A stretch of DNA of 64,000 bases, from assembly GCF_001447785.1 (NCBI RefSeq), contig NW_015170281.1, positions 1,006,835 to 1,070,834 on the forward strand, in the 5' to 3' direction. This DNA is from Gekko japonicus. Its lineage: Eukaryota. This document shows, in pieces, positions 24,731 to 37,476 of this stretch (position 1 is the first letter of the stretch; every line of letters starts with the position of its first letter). The notes beneath the pieces were generated by a model. The model was not told the origin of the DNA. It did not search any database and was given only the letters and a program-made list of their open reading frames with translations. Position numbers and translations under genes: made by a program.

Positions 24731-27700
24731 ATCCTAGTAGACTGTCTTTATGAGATGTAACCTATGGATCTTGCCCAGCACGATAGCTATGGAAAACTTA
24801 CTCTGTATCATCCATGTGTGTTACGCTCCCTTTTACTTTAAATGTGCTACTAGTGAATTTACTGGATTGTTTCTGTAATGAAATGGTTGCAGTATCTTGA
24901 TAACAAGCGATGTCTAAGCACAGTGTGCTGTTGGTTGGTTGGTTGTGTGTGTGCGTGCGTGCATGTGTGTGTGTGTTTTAAATTATGGATTTGCTGAACA
25001 GGATAGAATTCTGCTAGCAACATTAACCCTACCGAATTTACCATTATTTGGAACCCACAACAGGCCCTAAACACAAATCTGATAGGAACTTGGAGATGAT
25101 ATACTTGAGAAAACTTGGCCACTGACTACTTCTTCCAATTGATACAGAAAATGGAATTAATTGGATATGAAAGGATGGATGAAGTCTAATAACCTTTAGC
25201 AAACATGGAAGGGAGAACACAAGAAAAGTGGGCTTCTGGAGGACGTTTTTTGCAATTTTAAGAAACCTGTTGTAAACAAGCGAACCTTTTGCTTCCATCC
25301 TATAATTTAAAATGGATTTCATAGATTATTTTGGAAGTTTTTATGAAAGGAAGCTAAATTAATTACTAGAATGAAAACCCCACAGCAATGTTTTATAGTA
25401 AAGGTATATAATCCTTTTTTTAAAAAAAAATAAAAATAAAACAATTGCCCTACAGCACATAATTATTTTGTTCCTGCTTAGAGATAAATTGTGTATATAG
25501 AGCAGTGAATCATTAGGGGACCATAAAATGAAGGGGTTTTTTTGCCATCCTGAAGAAGAGTAAGAGACATCCTATGATTCAATTAGCAGTACCTCGAGGA
25601 ACCATGTAATTGCATTTTAATGAAGCTTTCATAAACAAAAGAGGTTTTTCTTTTCCTGAACTGTGAGCTATTTGTTCCAACCTCTCTCCCCCTCCGCTTG
25701 TATATTTAGCTATGAAGAATTAAGTAGGTTTCAAACAGAAGGCAACAAAACAAAACCTGAACAGATGGTCTGATCCTGACATTTCGTAGGATATGTATTA
25801 TCTGTGGCTTTTTCCATCACATTAGCACTTTCTATTCTTTCATTGTTGTTCGGAGGATGGAGGAACACAAATGTTTGAGCCAAATAGACTGAAGTTTTTG
25901 CAGTGTTAATACCTATTTACAGCACAATCACCCACTGCCTCCAAATAACAATCATTTAGAGGAGCAGTCACAGTTTAGTGGTAATTATTTCTGATCTTTG
26001 AAATAGTCTGAAGCACCCTGCAGCATAAGAAGGAGATCAGGTTACCATCTATGGTTCCCCTTTTACTTTGTCCTTCTGCCTCTCCAATATGGATCCAAGT
26101 CTAGGACACCACAGAAAATGTGAAAGGCAAGTAGGTAGCACCAGATCACTGTAGCACTGGACCAGTAGATCCAATGTTAATAAACTCCCTGAGCCCCTTA
26201 ATGCAGCATAGCTCTCAATGGTATAGAACATTACGGACATGTGGAAATTGCAGTACTATGCAAAAACAGACAGACACGCACACCCCTGTGTTTCTGAAGC
26301 AGATGTGAGATAGTACTTTCTGGGTGCCTACTTCATCGTGTAGGATACCTGCTTTTCAGATATTGTCAGGCTGTCAACTAGCCAAATGTGATAACAATGT
26401 AAGGCTCTAGTGCTGCAGGTGCTTTGCAGTGGCACCATTTCTTTTCAGCGTCAACTTATAGTTCTAGCTCATTTATTTATTTTATTTATTCATTTTGAGA
26501 CATTTTATCCACCTTTCTCTTCTGAAGGACTCGAAGTGGGTAAAACTGATAGATTAAAAATAAGACCAATTCACACTAATTTTAAAAGCACAAGGCACAA
26601 TGCTTGCTTATCACATTTATATACTGCTTTTCTTCTAGTGCACTCAAGGCAGTTGGCAATTTAAAATAATGGTTTGCAATCTCATAGTCATGACATAGGA
26701 TGAAAAAAGAATATGGAGGGAAGAAGAAAATATGCAAGTGAAGGTACTAACTAGAGATGCCACAAATTTCTGGCGAATGACAGATGAACTTCCCATCTAG
26801 AAGTAGAACTCCATCAGGCTGTGTGAGAACACCCTGGTTTGACAAACTGATTGTGCTATAATATACTGTCAGGAAAGAACAGTTGAAGCAACCTGCTGAC
26901 CAACAATGAATAGGTGGACAAACTGATAAACAGTCTGCTAAAAAAAAACCCAGCTCCTTGTTTGCATCTGGTGAAAAGAACATGAGCTGAATCTCGAATA
27001 CTAATGCATTCACCCCTGATATAGTTAACTAAAATGGCAGTTGATGAAATTGAATGTTACCGGAAATATGATAAAATATTCTCTCCAGTTGATAAAGTTG
27101 TGTAAAATAAACTGCATATTGTTGGCACCAATGCTCCATTTCTTTCTGTGCTGCCACTTTTGTTCCGTTTTTCTGTTTACAGGATTGTTGAGTTCCCCAG
27201 CAACTACTGGGGGAAATGAAAAGAAAGCCATAGACTCCAGTCCAAGGTCTTCTTTTCAGTGCAGATAGGGAACTGTGGAGATAGATTCCCTTGGAAATAA
27301 ATCTAGGTTTACTTATTAATGTGAATACTGAAAGATCTATCAGATTATTATTTCTTCCATCCTCCAAGTAGCTCAGATGGATTCATTCACCTTGGGATAT
27401 AACATTTAAAATGTTTGGATGTGTTCTACACTGGACCTTTTAGCAGAACTCAACTCTGATATAAATTATTGCACACAAATTCCAAAGATTTTAATACTTT
27501 TAATAACAGACTGTTCTTCAGATTGCTTATTTAATCTTCTACATTTCAATGCCACTTCTTATTGTCCATTTTAACATGTTTAAGTAATGTTCGTGAAATG
27601 CTTTCTAAATGCTTTTAAAGGGACATTTTGACTGCAGGAATGAATCTCTGTTTCAAAATGATCTACAGCTGCAAAGGACGTTGAATAACTTGTCATTGGC

Positions 27701-28319
27701 CCAACAAACTCTTATACCAGCTTGCAGAGATAGGAAGGAGACATTGACAAGAATGGTTAGCAGGGATTCCTTCAATAGTGGATAAGAATCTTACACATAC
27801 TATCAGTCTCCCAGCAGGTCACATTTTATTCTAATGCTAAATTAAGGTGTAGAATTGATTAATGATTTTTAATCATGATCTTGAATGTACAAAACTGGAA
27901 GAGTGACTTTAAGCAAGTAAAACCTCTAAGAGAAAATGGGTGGAGAAATGAATCAGAACAGTTCCAGGTTCTGTTCTCATGATACACTCTTAGTTTCATT
28001 TCTACTTCAATTTACTACCATAAATGGAGATAAGGGATGTTCGCAAAAAAATTCAATTACTATTTAACTGTGTGCAAATAAATCAGGACAGTGGATGAGT
28101 CTGTGTTTTCCCCCAATCTGATTGTCAGCCCTTCTGGACCAAGAACTGATTTTCATTCATCACATTCACTCCAGTTGTCCGAGCATCCTCTAAACAACTC
28201 TGACTGAACTCCTCCTCTGTCATTTTAAAAATGCTCCTTATATAGCCCTATGTGCGTGTATAAGTTTGACTGCAGGTGCATGGTCCTGAAATCTTAATAT
28301 GCAACTTTTTTCATAAACA

Positions 28320-28475
28320 NNNNNNNNNNNNNNNNNNNNNNNNNNNNNNNNNNNNNNNNNNNNNNNNNNNNNNNNNNNNNNNNNNNNNNNNNNNNNNNNN
28401 NNNNNNNNNNNNNNNNNNNNNNNNNNNNNNNNNNNNNNNNNNNNNNNNNNNNNNNNNNNNNNNNNNNNNNNNNNN
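28320..28475. other. assembly gap (N run)
   Basis: Run of N. Confidence 0.99.
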
Positions 28476-28789
28476 TTATTTCAGCATGATCTCCACAGGG
28501 AAAAAACAAAGAGCTGTCTCCAAGCAAGACACCAAGAAAGAAGGGGCAGGAAGATTAAAACACACTTTTTTGTGCCTCCAGTGGCTGACATTGATTGTTA
28601 TTTTTGTCAGGAAGCCACCATTGTCAATGATTTTTCATCTATTCAGGCATTTTTGATCAGTGTGCTTCAAATATGAATAAGTATGTGGAGGGTAACCTTA
28701 TTGTGATTTCCACTTTTTGACAACTTGTTTTGCTTCACTTTTCTTTCTTTTTAAAGTAGACTTTAATTGAGATTGTAGAAGACAAGGAG

Positions 28790-28960
28790 CAACGTGGTGT
28801 TTCAGATATGCCAACAGCAAAATGTTCCGGGTATGAACTTTTGAGAGTCAAAGCTCCCTTCATCACATATAAGTTGGAAAATTCATACCCCCCAAAATTT
28901 TGTTGGTCTCTAAGGTTCTACTGGACTCCAATCTAGGTGTTGGACTGCAGACCAACATGA
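28790..28960. mobile_element. Penelope-like pLTR remnant with degenerate hammerhead (28831-28870, minus strand)
   Basis: Minus strand GTGATGA-AGGGAG-CTTTGA-CTCTC-AAAA-GTTCATAC. Adjacent TTGTTGGTCTCTAAGGTTCTACTGGACTC motif resembles reptile PLE-derived repeats. Confidence 0.6.
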
Positions 28961-29144
28961 GATAATACTGAAGAGTCCTTATCATACAGTGCAATATTGT
29001 TTTTGCTACATATTTTTGAATAAACATAATCTATCAGCATTTTGTTTCACAAAGAAGTCAATACAAAGTACAAGGAGTTTCTGCATCTTTTGCAACCCAA
29101 GAAAGGGCCTTCTTGGCCATAGTGTCAAAAATTTGGAGCTCCCT

Positions 29145-30984
29145 GGCTTCCGTTTTTGGAAATTTGCTGCACGGGTGCGCTCCATCATGCTCCAATGTGA
29201 GTGACCCATAATCATGGCAGATGGGAGGGGTCTCTGACATTTCTGAACCCCCCAAAAGCCCCTGCAGGGAACTTGCAGCCTAGGGTGCCAAGGGGTGCCT
29301 CTTTCAAGGCGATGACCAAGGAATTGAGGCCCCGCTTTACCCCGATAGGTCCTGCTGCCACGAGACCATCATGGAGTTTAGAAGCGCATGCCAGATGAGG
29401 CAAGCAAGTGATCTTGTGATACAGAGCCCTTCCTATGTTGGAAGAAAATTGTTAGAATAAACTGTGAGTCTAAGCGAAACCCCAATGAGCTAACCAAGTG
29501 CCAAAGCGGAGAACTGATCACAAGTCCCAAATTGTCATGGAGGGAGGGAAAAAAAAAAGAGTGGGGGAGTCTCCCCCCTGAAAATAAAAGTGTTTTTTAA
29601 GTGATAGCTTTGAGGCAAGAGACGGTTCTAACTGTAAAAGCTGCAACATAGCCGAACAGGGTGCAAAGTAGTTCAAAGTGGAATAAAATAGACAGACTTA
29701 CAGATTACTAAAATTGACTTTTTCTTATGTAAACAATGTTGAACAGAAGACACAAAATGGCAAAAAAGATAAGACCTTCTCCAGGAAATGCCGGTTCAGT
29801 GACCTCAGCTCTTAAATCAGAAGCAGTCACTGACTTCCCAAACATGATGGCCATGGCGTTGTGCCCTCTGCTGGACCAGATGTCTAATATCAATAATAAA
29901 CTAGACTGTCTCCAGAAACAAATGATGGATACAGCAAGGAAGACAGATGAAACTAATAAAGCATTGAAAAAAGTTGATGATAAATGCTATTAAGCAGCAA
30001 TTGGAGATAGTGGAGAAATAGCAGATCTCTGATAAAGAGCAATTATTACAACTACAAATGGAGAAATCACTACATGTCCTACAATTCCAGGGTATCCCAG
30101 AACAACAAAAGGAGAATTTAAAAGAATTATTGATTGAAGCACTGGCACCAATGACAGACTTAAAACCAGATTCACTACAAAGCGATATGGATATGGTTTA
30201 TCAAACCTATTCGGATTTTATCAAGAAAAATAAACTGGCTGGTGAAATATTTGTTAAATTCTCCAAAAGATTAACCAGAGATGCAATTTTAAAAGCGAAA
30301 AAAGGGAAATCACTGAAAATCAAAGGTGAAGTGGTGAAGATCTTAAAAGACATTCCATCTGAAATACGCAAGAAGAGACAATATAAAAATCTAATTTCTT
30401 GTCTACACAAGAACTTCACTCCCTTCAGATGGATATTCCCGGAAGGACTTATCTTCAACTATAAAGGAAAGAAAGAAAAGATTGTCTCTGCCAAAAAAGC
30501 AAAATCTTTCCTGGACCAACAACAATCAACGTCTAAAGTCAAAGAGAAAGCCGAGGACAATGCACAAGCAGAAGAAAAGAACGATCATGACTCAGAAACC
30601 AGTGAAAGTATTTTTGACAGTTCTACAGAAGAGTCTGATTCTGAAAAAGGAGAAGCAGCTCCTAAAACTCTTACAGTCCAGCTGAGATTTGATAAAGCTA
30701 AGCACAGGAAATAATGATTGTAATGAATCTGAAAGTCTATTTGTGCTTTAAGGTACTATGATGTACCCAATAAGGCTAAATGGGCTTGACTTAGCTTTAG
30801 TGATATAAGATACTTAGTATTATTCTATTTTATGCTTTATTCTAATAGTAGGTAGGACTAATAGGTAACTTACATGTAACATGATCCTTGCTATATCTCT
30901 TGTTTTATTAGTATTAGTATCCCTTATGTCCTTCCCCTATGTAGTTTGTAGTAAAAAAGCAATAAAAAATTACAAAAAAATAAT
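29145..30984 (+). mobile_element. ORF1-only L1-derived retrotransposon (HAL1/half-L1-like), full length
   Basis: Starts GGCTTCCG, then a 5' UTR of about 600 bp, L1 ORF1, a 3' UTR of about 250 bp, AATAAA at 30961 and an A-rich tail. 15-bp TSD AATTTG(G/T)AGCTCCCT at 29130-29144 and 30985-30999. No ORF2 remnant. Confidence 0.85.
29736..30714 (+). pseudogene. L1 ORF1p (coiled coil, RRM, CTD; Transposase_22-like) with acidic C-terminal tail; two stops and a frameshift near 29991-30021
   Basis: Heptad region LDQMSNINNKLDCLQKQMMD; RRM start LQFQGIPEQQKENLKE; IFVKFSKRLTRDAILK; CTD ILKDIPSEIRKKRQY...FRWIFPEGLIFNYKGKKEKI. Confidence 0.85.
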
Positions 30985-32174
30985 AATTTGTAGCTCCCTT
31001 CCCATGGATATTCATCTCTCTATTGCATCTGTAGGCTAGTAGGTAGTCAGGAAGGCCCATTCCTGCACAATTCTCTGTGTATGCACCCCACTGCCCACAC
31101 AGGCTCATTCTTCCCTCCCAGGCACTCCCTCTCCCCTCTTAGTGGCCACAGTGGCATGATGGGGCCATCCTCCCCACACATCCAATGGTATGATGCCTTC
31201 CAGGCATCCTCCATGGAACAACCCGACTCCCCCACCTGTACAATGGAAATGCTGTACACGTACTCATTGAATTTGATACAATGTATATGCTGCACAGGAC
31301 AAGCATAGGAGATAGGGCTGTCTGATACTGTCTGCAAATTGTGCTCTTTACTGTGCTTGCATAACTGAGCTGAGCTCATGAATAGCATTTTGCTGAACAT
31401 CTTTATCTTCCACCATTCAAGCTCTGTAGAACAGCCTATAGCCCTTCCTAGCCGAACAAAGATGCTAACCATGTTTTGGGGAGCTCAGCATCCCACTTTT
31501 ATACAATCAGAAGTCTCTAGATAACTATTTCTTACTTTCACTATTTCTCTAGATAACTGTTTCTCACTTTTCAAAACTGAAGCATCTACACTGAGTGCAA
31601 GAGAATTATTCCCTACCAAAACTACAATATTATTGAAAATCTGGCTCTGTGCAGCCGGTGTTCTACAGTCTGATTTATTTTAATTAGAGGTTAGCAGCAG
31701 ACGAGTTCATATGATTACAGTTATAATTATTACTCTACCTGTCGTCCACATTTCCATTAATGTTCCACTTGATAGTTGGCAATAAGCAGAAATAAAATAT
31801 TAGGACTTTTGAAATAGGAGATTACCAATTAGCACAATTCTCCAAAGGCACAGAATAATTTATTAATTATGATCATCATCATTATTCACAAAGCAAAGTT
31901 TCACCGGGGTACCTGTAAGCTTCCTTCCTGCTTCACCAGCAGCCCTCTCTGTTCTATAATTGTAAAGAAATGTGTGGATGAGATATACAACAGACTGCTT
32001 GCCAGAAGGAAGAACTGCAGAAAAGCAGTACAGAGGAAGATCACTTCCTCTAGAATAAGACCATGGCACAAAATTAAACTTTAGCTTCCTTTGCTTGAGA
32101 AGAGCCAGTTTTCATGTTATTAAGATTTCAGTTACTAGAAACAGGGCCTTTTGGGGGGGTATTTTTGCATTTTG

Positions 32175-32352
32175 TGTGTGTATGTGCCTGTGCCTGGAAG
32201 TCGCAGTGACCTCTGGCAGCTCTTACCAGGACATGGAGGACATTCAGAGAAGTGGCTTGATAGCCTGCCTCTACCTATCGCCCCTGGTACTCTTTAGAGG
32301 CCTCCCATCCAAATACTTGCCAGCATTAGCCCTGCTTAGCTTCCAAGATGTG
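32175..32352 (-). mobile_element. 5S rRNA-derived SINE (5S-Sauria-like), decayed
   Basis: Minus strand ATCTTGGAAGCTAAGCAGGGCTAATGCTGGCAAGTATTTGGATGGGAGGCC matches the 5S internal promoter (A box, IE, C box). Non-5S body follows, ending near a (CA)-rich tail. Confidence 0.75.
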
Positions 32353-32668
32353 GGCTATCTAGATCAGAGTGAAACAAGGCCTCTTTGTCGGTCATGTCCT
32401 GCTTACCTAATTGCCTCCACTCAGCTACCCACCTTTCTGTTCAACATCAGGCTGTTCTTTTCCAAAGAGCTTTTGGGAGAAATGAGGTCTAGGTCTAAGC
32501 TGGCTTTGTTCCTCATGCTTCTTCTTATGGTATGTGTTTTATTTACTTCATGCCTATGCATGTTATGAGACACTTTTAATGCCTTTGAAGGGCAGAAATG
32601 GCAGAAAGCTATACTTTCATAAATAAATACATACACCACTAGCAGCAGCACTGCACTTGCATGGAGAC

Positions 32669-33429
32669 TAGGGATGGCCATGAACTCCAGTTCGAGCACG
32701 AACCAGGCCGGTTCATGGATCATGAACCAGGGGTTCAGGAGAATGTGTCTCCCACAATCCACCCATGAACCTCCATGTTTTTCATGGAAGTTTGTGAGGT
32801 TCATGGGAGACACATTCTTGGGCTCCAAAGGCATTTTAATGCCTTCAGAGCTTCCTTCTGGGTCTGTTGGGCTACCTGGAAGTGAGCCCCAAAAGCATTT
32901 AAATGCCACCAGAGCCCACCACTGGCCCGCAGCCCCACCCAAGTGAGCTCTGAAGCATTTAAATGCCTTCGGAGTGCACCTCTGTGTTGGGCCAGCCCGA
33001 CTGAGCTCTGACAGGCCTTTGGAGCTCTAGGCCTTTGGAGCTCACTCTCAGAGCTCAGTTGAGTTGGGGGCCTGATTCAACCGAGCTCCCAGAGTGGGTT
33101 CTGAAGGCTTTTATAGGTTTCCAAGTGAGACCTGTCCATATAAGGGTCTGCCCATATAAAGGCATATAAGGCCTATAAAAGCCTTCAGAGCCAACTCAAC
33201 TCAGTCAAGTCAGGCCAACCCGGAGGTGGGCTCCGGACACTCTGAAGGCACTTGGGTGGGACTGCGGGCCAGTGGTGGGCTTTGATGGCATTTAAATAAC
33301 ATCAAAACTCACTTCCATGTGGGGCCATTCTACCACCTCCTGAACTGAGCGAACTATGAACTGGTTCAGGAAACAAAAAAGATCATGGTTCATGTGAACC
33401 ACCATTTTTCCGATTCGTGTCCAGCCCTA
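32669..33429. mobile_element. non-autonomous hAT (TAGGGATG-type) element with a large internal inverted repeat
   Basis: TIRs TAGGGATGG / CCAGCCCTA. Subterminal GAACC/GGTTC repeats. Decayed 8-bp TSD ATGGAGAC / GTGGAAAT (all differences are transitions). 32898-32945 is inverted at 33249-33297. Confidence 0.75.
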
Positions 33430-34059
33430 GTGGAAATGCAACATGCACATATTTTTAAATTTTTATTTTTTATTAGCAAATATACTTAGCCATAAGATCT
33501 TCAGACTCTATATCCACTAAAAACTTCTTATAGACTTCTCATTTGCCTACATTTCTGCTTCTCTGCATGTTTCCATTGTTTCTTAGGGCAGGAAAGTAGT
33601 TGTGTGTTGTAGAAACTACTCTCAAGAGAGCTGCTAAGGTGTAGTTGCATTCAAGTGTGCTGTTAAAATGGTAAACGAATCTGAAATTCTAGTCTCACCA
33701 TCTTTTTTGGCTGAAGATATATAGTTTGCCTCCTCCCCACATTCATCCCTGTGGATGTCATCTCTTACACTTTTCTCATAAATTAGGATGGATCCAGAGA
33801 TTCAAGCTGCTCTTTCTTTCACTATCTTCAAAGAGAAGAAAATAATTTTAATCCATTCTTAGTATCTAGCCACATGTTAGTGCGCCATCCAGGTTGTTAG
33901 TGAAAGTTTCCATATGATTGGATGAAGTTGTGCATCTTCCTTCAGTATCCTACACTGGTAAGACAGATTTGGGAAAAATAAATGGGAGGGCAGCCAGTTT
34001 CTCATATGACCAAGCCGAACTACATGAGAAACCACATAGAAGAGGTTTTCAGAGGCAGG

Positions 34060-35995
34060 GGAAAACAAAAAAAAAAAAAGAGAGAGAGAGGGGAACCAGC
34101 ATACAAGAAATGGTGCAAAACACAAGAGACTGCTGGCTGAAATAACTTAAAGTGAACAATATAATTATATAAAAATAATATTTAATGCCAAGTTCACTAT
34201 CAGTATAACTGGATGAAACCTAAGTATTCTTGCAAGGAACAACACTAATGCAGGAAAATAAAGTCACAATAGTACAGAGAAGTAAAGTCCCAAAAATTTC
34301 AATGTGTCTCATAATTTCATAGTCCAACTTGATGGTCATTCATCATGGAGTGGACTCATATAGTTCCAAGAGGATCCAAATAATCTTGAAGTCCATAAGC
34401 CATAAACGATGCGTAATCTGGATGCAAGCTGCCGCATGTCGAATAATTCTTTTTCAAAGCCGAAAGGCTATAGTCGGACTGAATGCAAATTCAAGGCATA
34501 CACAGATGAGGATAAACAATCAAACAATATGTATAAATTGCATAGATACAAAAATACAGAGAAACTCACCCCGAACTCAGTAGTAACACATACAGACATA
34601 AGTTTAATAAATCACAAAGGATCATGGGTCCTTATCCCACCATGTGTTGCATCACAATTTATATTCAAGTATCAGGCTCCAGCCCCACAGGACAATTGGT
34701 AAGGGATCTTACTGTACTACTTAAAACAAAAGGTCAGGCTGCAAAAGCACAGGTTAAGCAGTTTACACCTTGCTGCTTTAGCAAGCTTAGGGAGGAATAT
34801 CAGGTTGCAATTGCACAGGTCCAGTAATTTGAAAGCTTACTACTAACCAATATAGGGTGTGAAGTCTATGCTTTGATTCCTACCAAAAGGATGATATGTT
34901 TTTAATTCACAGATGAATTTAGTTTCCTTTTGTAAGAAGATCTGTTCAGTGTTTTGCATTTGAAGGGGATTATTTTGATGGCAATATAGAATTGTAAACT
35001 TCATCTCAGTCACATCATGACTTGCCTGCATATAATGCCTAACCATTGGTGAATTTTCAACAGCATTATTCACTCTTGACCGGTGCTCCAGCACCCAAGT
35101 CCTAATTGCCCTGGTAGTCTTCCCTACATATCTAAGCCCATATGGACAGACAGAAAGGTAAACTATATTCTTTGTAGAACAGGTCGCAGTAAAATTAAAA
35201 TTATACATAATCCCTGTGTCTGCACCAGTGTAACTGCTGCCTTCTACCATATACTGACAAGACTTACAGTGTCTACACTTAAGGAACCCTCTTGGATTAG
35301 TTGCAGCTGTGCTGCCTTTAAAGAAATCATATCTAACCAAAGCATTCTCAGGTTTTTACCTCTGCGTAGACCTATATATGGTGGCAACTGACAGCCTAGA
35401 ATATGGGAGACTATATGCCAATGTTTAAAAATTGATCTTCTAATTTGATTGGAAATGCTGGAATGTTGAAAGCCACATGTAATTCTTCCTGTAGATTTCC
35501 TATTTTTATATTTCAATAACTCCTCCCTTGCTACATGCTCTACCCGGGCTCTAGCCTGTTTGATCATCCTGAAAGGGTAACCTCTTTGCATAAATTTCTT
35601 CTCAAGTAAATCTGCTTCAAGCAGCAAAATCTTGTGGAGTGGATGAATTCCTTTTGGCCCGTATGCTTTGTCCATAGGGTAAATTATGGCATAATTTATG
35701 TGGATGGAAGGAAGTAAAATATAATAAAGAATTTCTGTCAGTTGCCTTATGGTATGGTCTGACCATTAGCCTGCTCTGATGTACAAATACAGTGGTGTCT
35801 AAAGAGTTAATAGACTGCTGACTATAGTGTATATCAAACTTTATGCTGTCATGTAATGTATTGAGCCACTGATGAAACTGGTTTAAGTATATGTTGCCCT
35901 GCACTAGTAAAAAGGTATCATCAATATATCTCAGATATTTTTTAATGTTGGGGGGGAAAGGGTTTTCAGATGCTAGGATGTATGTAGCTTCCAGG
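34060..35995 (-). mobile_element. Penelope-like element (Neptune-type), 5'-truncated: RT C-terminus, Cys-rich linker, GIY-YIG endonuclease and pLTR/3' region
   Basis: YLRYIDDTF (RT), YHKATDRNSLLYFTSFHP, RGYP thumb, KCRHCKSC linker, NIVYLSVCPYGLRYVGKTTRAIRTWVLEH (GIY-YIG), E..FI..LKT..P.G.N. Frameshifted over ORFs 35617-36006, 35244-35675 and 34843-35340. Confidence 0.92.
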
Positions 35996-37155
35996 CTACA
36001 TGGCAAGAAAGTCAGATAGCTAGACAGACTATGCTTTCTTCCTATGTTTTCCCTTTTGCCACTCTCCCTTTGAAGCAGACTGATAGATCTCAGGGAAATT
36101 GCCTCCCTTCTATTTCATCCTCTCCCAAAACACGCTTCTCTCTGCACACGCCAAGAGGGGAGGACACACTGTCTCCATCTTGGCACCATGATGCAGATGG
36201 CCCTCTCATCATCTGCATCCATCCACAGTAAATTAGACTAGAATACTATCCTATCTCTAAGCTTTCCTATCTAGAATGTAGTTCCTGAATGAGACTATTA
36301 TTAGTCTGAGAAGTGGTTCTGTGTAACTAAGCTTGGATACCTGGTGCAAAGATGCTCTTGCATGTGTAGCTTAAAGCACTCTCCTAAACTAGTCAGTGGT
36401 TCTGGACTGAGTATATCAGTTAACCTAACACAATCAGGTATAAAAAAACCCCTGGAATTATATTTATCCTTATGGGCTTACCATGGTTGATGAAGTACAT
36501 TGACTGTGCTGAATTACAAGCTTGTGCAAACTTGCTCTAACTATTAAAACATAACAATTCTAAACTGTCATGCCATGGGTTGTGTCCAATGGATTAATTT
36601 TACTAATAGTGGCACTTTCATCCAGTTCAAGGAGCTTTCTTCTGAAATAAAAGGATCTTCTGCTGACATCACCTTTAGTGAGAGATCCAACCCCATAACT
36701 TCATGTGGGAATGACTGGCTCACTCCCCCCATCTGTGTATATACATTAGTTGAAGGTACTGCATCCTTCACTTTTGTATATGTTAGAAGTTCCCAATATT
36801 GTGAAACGAGCACAGCAGAAGAACTTTGACTATTCTCTGTGGAACCACCTAGTAGTTTTACGCAGAAATCATTGCATCATCTTTGTGCATTGTCTCCAAA
36901 ATACCACTACATATAGTTTGGTGAATTGTTCATAAGCTTCTGATTACAAAGTGTCCTTGATTTTAATAATTTCTTTATCCCATATATCTTCTATACATTC
37001 TTCATCCTAAGCACACTGCACATTGTGGACCAAGAAGATTGGAGAGATATTAAAAGGTGCAAGATGTTCATGTATATATTGTCTAGTGACAATATTGGAG
37101 AAGAGGACATAGGTGGGAAGAGATAAATCCAACTAAACACCATTATTAGTGGAAA

Positions 37156-37476
37156 CAAGAAAGGGGATCTGAGATACTCGCGGGGGGGGGAGCTCCAGGC
37201 AGAGCAGGAGGAGGAGGAAGCCCGAGCGGCTGGCAGCGAGGCCCGAGCGGCTTGCAGCCTCACCAGTCTCTCCCCCCCTGGTCTCCCCCCCGGCTCTGGC
37301 AGCGAGGCTTTTTGGGGGATTTGAATATCACCCCCCCTTTTTCAACTTTTTAGATTTTTGTGCACACCTGGGGACTGCCCCAAGTGTGCAGGAAAATCTC
37401 CCTGCCCCCCAGGTGCCCCCGATGTGTGGATTTAGATATCCGCACGCAGGGGGCGCCTTCACTATTAGTATATACA
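37156..37476 (-). mobile_element. non-autonomous Helitron, unit A (3'-most of the tandem trimer)
   Basis: Minus-strand 5' end TGTATATACTAATAG (TC mutated to TG). Decayed 3' hairpin CCGCGAGTATCTCAG then CTTG, followed by host T. Confidence 0.75.

Noticed and set aside
28276-28656. ORFs spanning the N gap (also 62212-62709)
   Set aside because: Open only because Ns contain no stop codons.
30058-30714. Domesticated L1TD1-like host gene
   Set aside because: ORF1 is disrupted upstream by two stops and a frameshift and sits in a TSD-flanked insertion. There is no evidence of domestication.
32298-32349. 5S rRNA gene
   Set aside because: Only a degenerate ~50-nt promoter part, joined to a SINE body.
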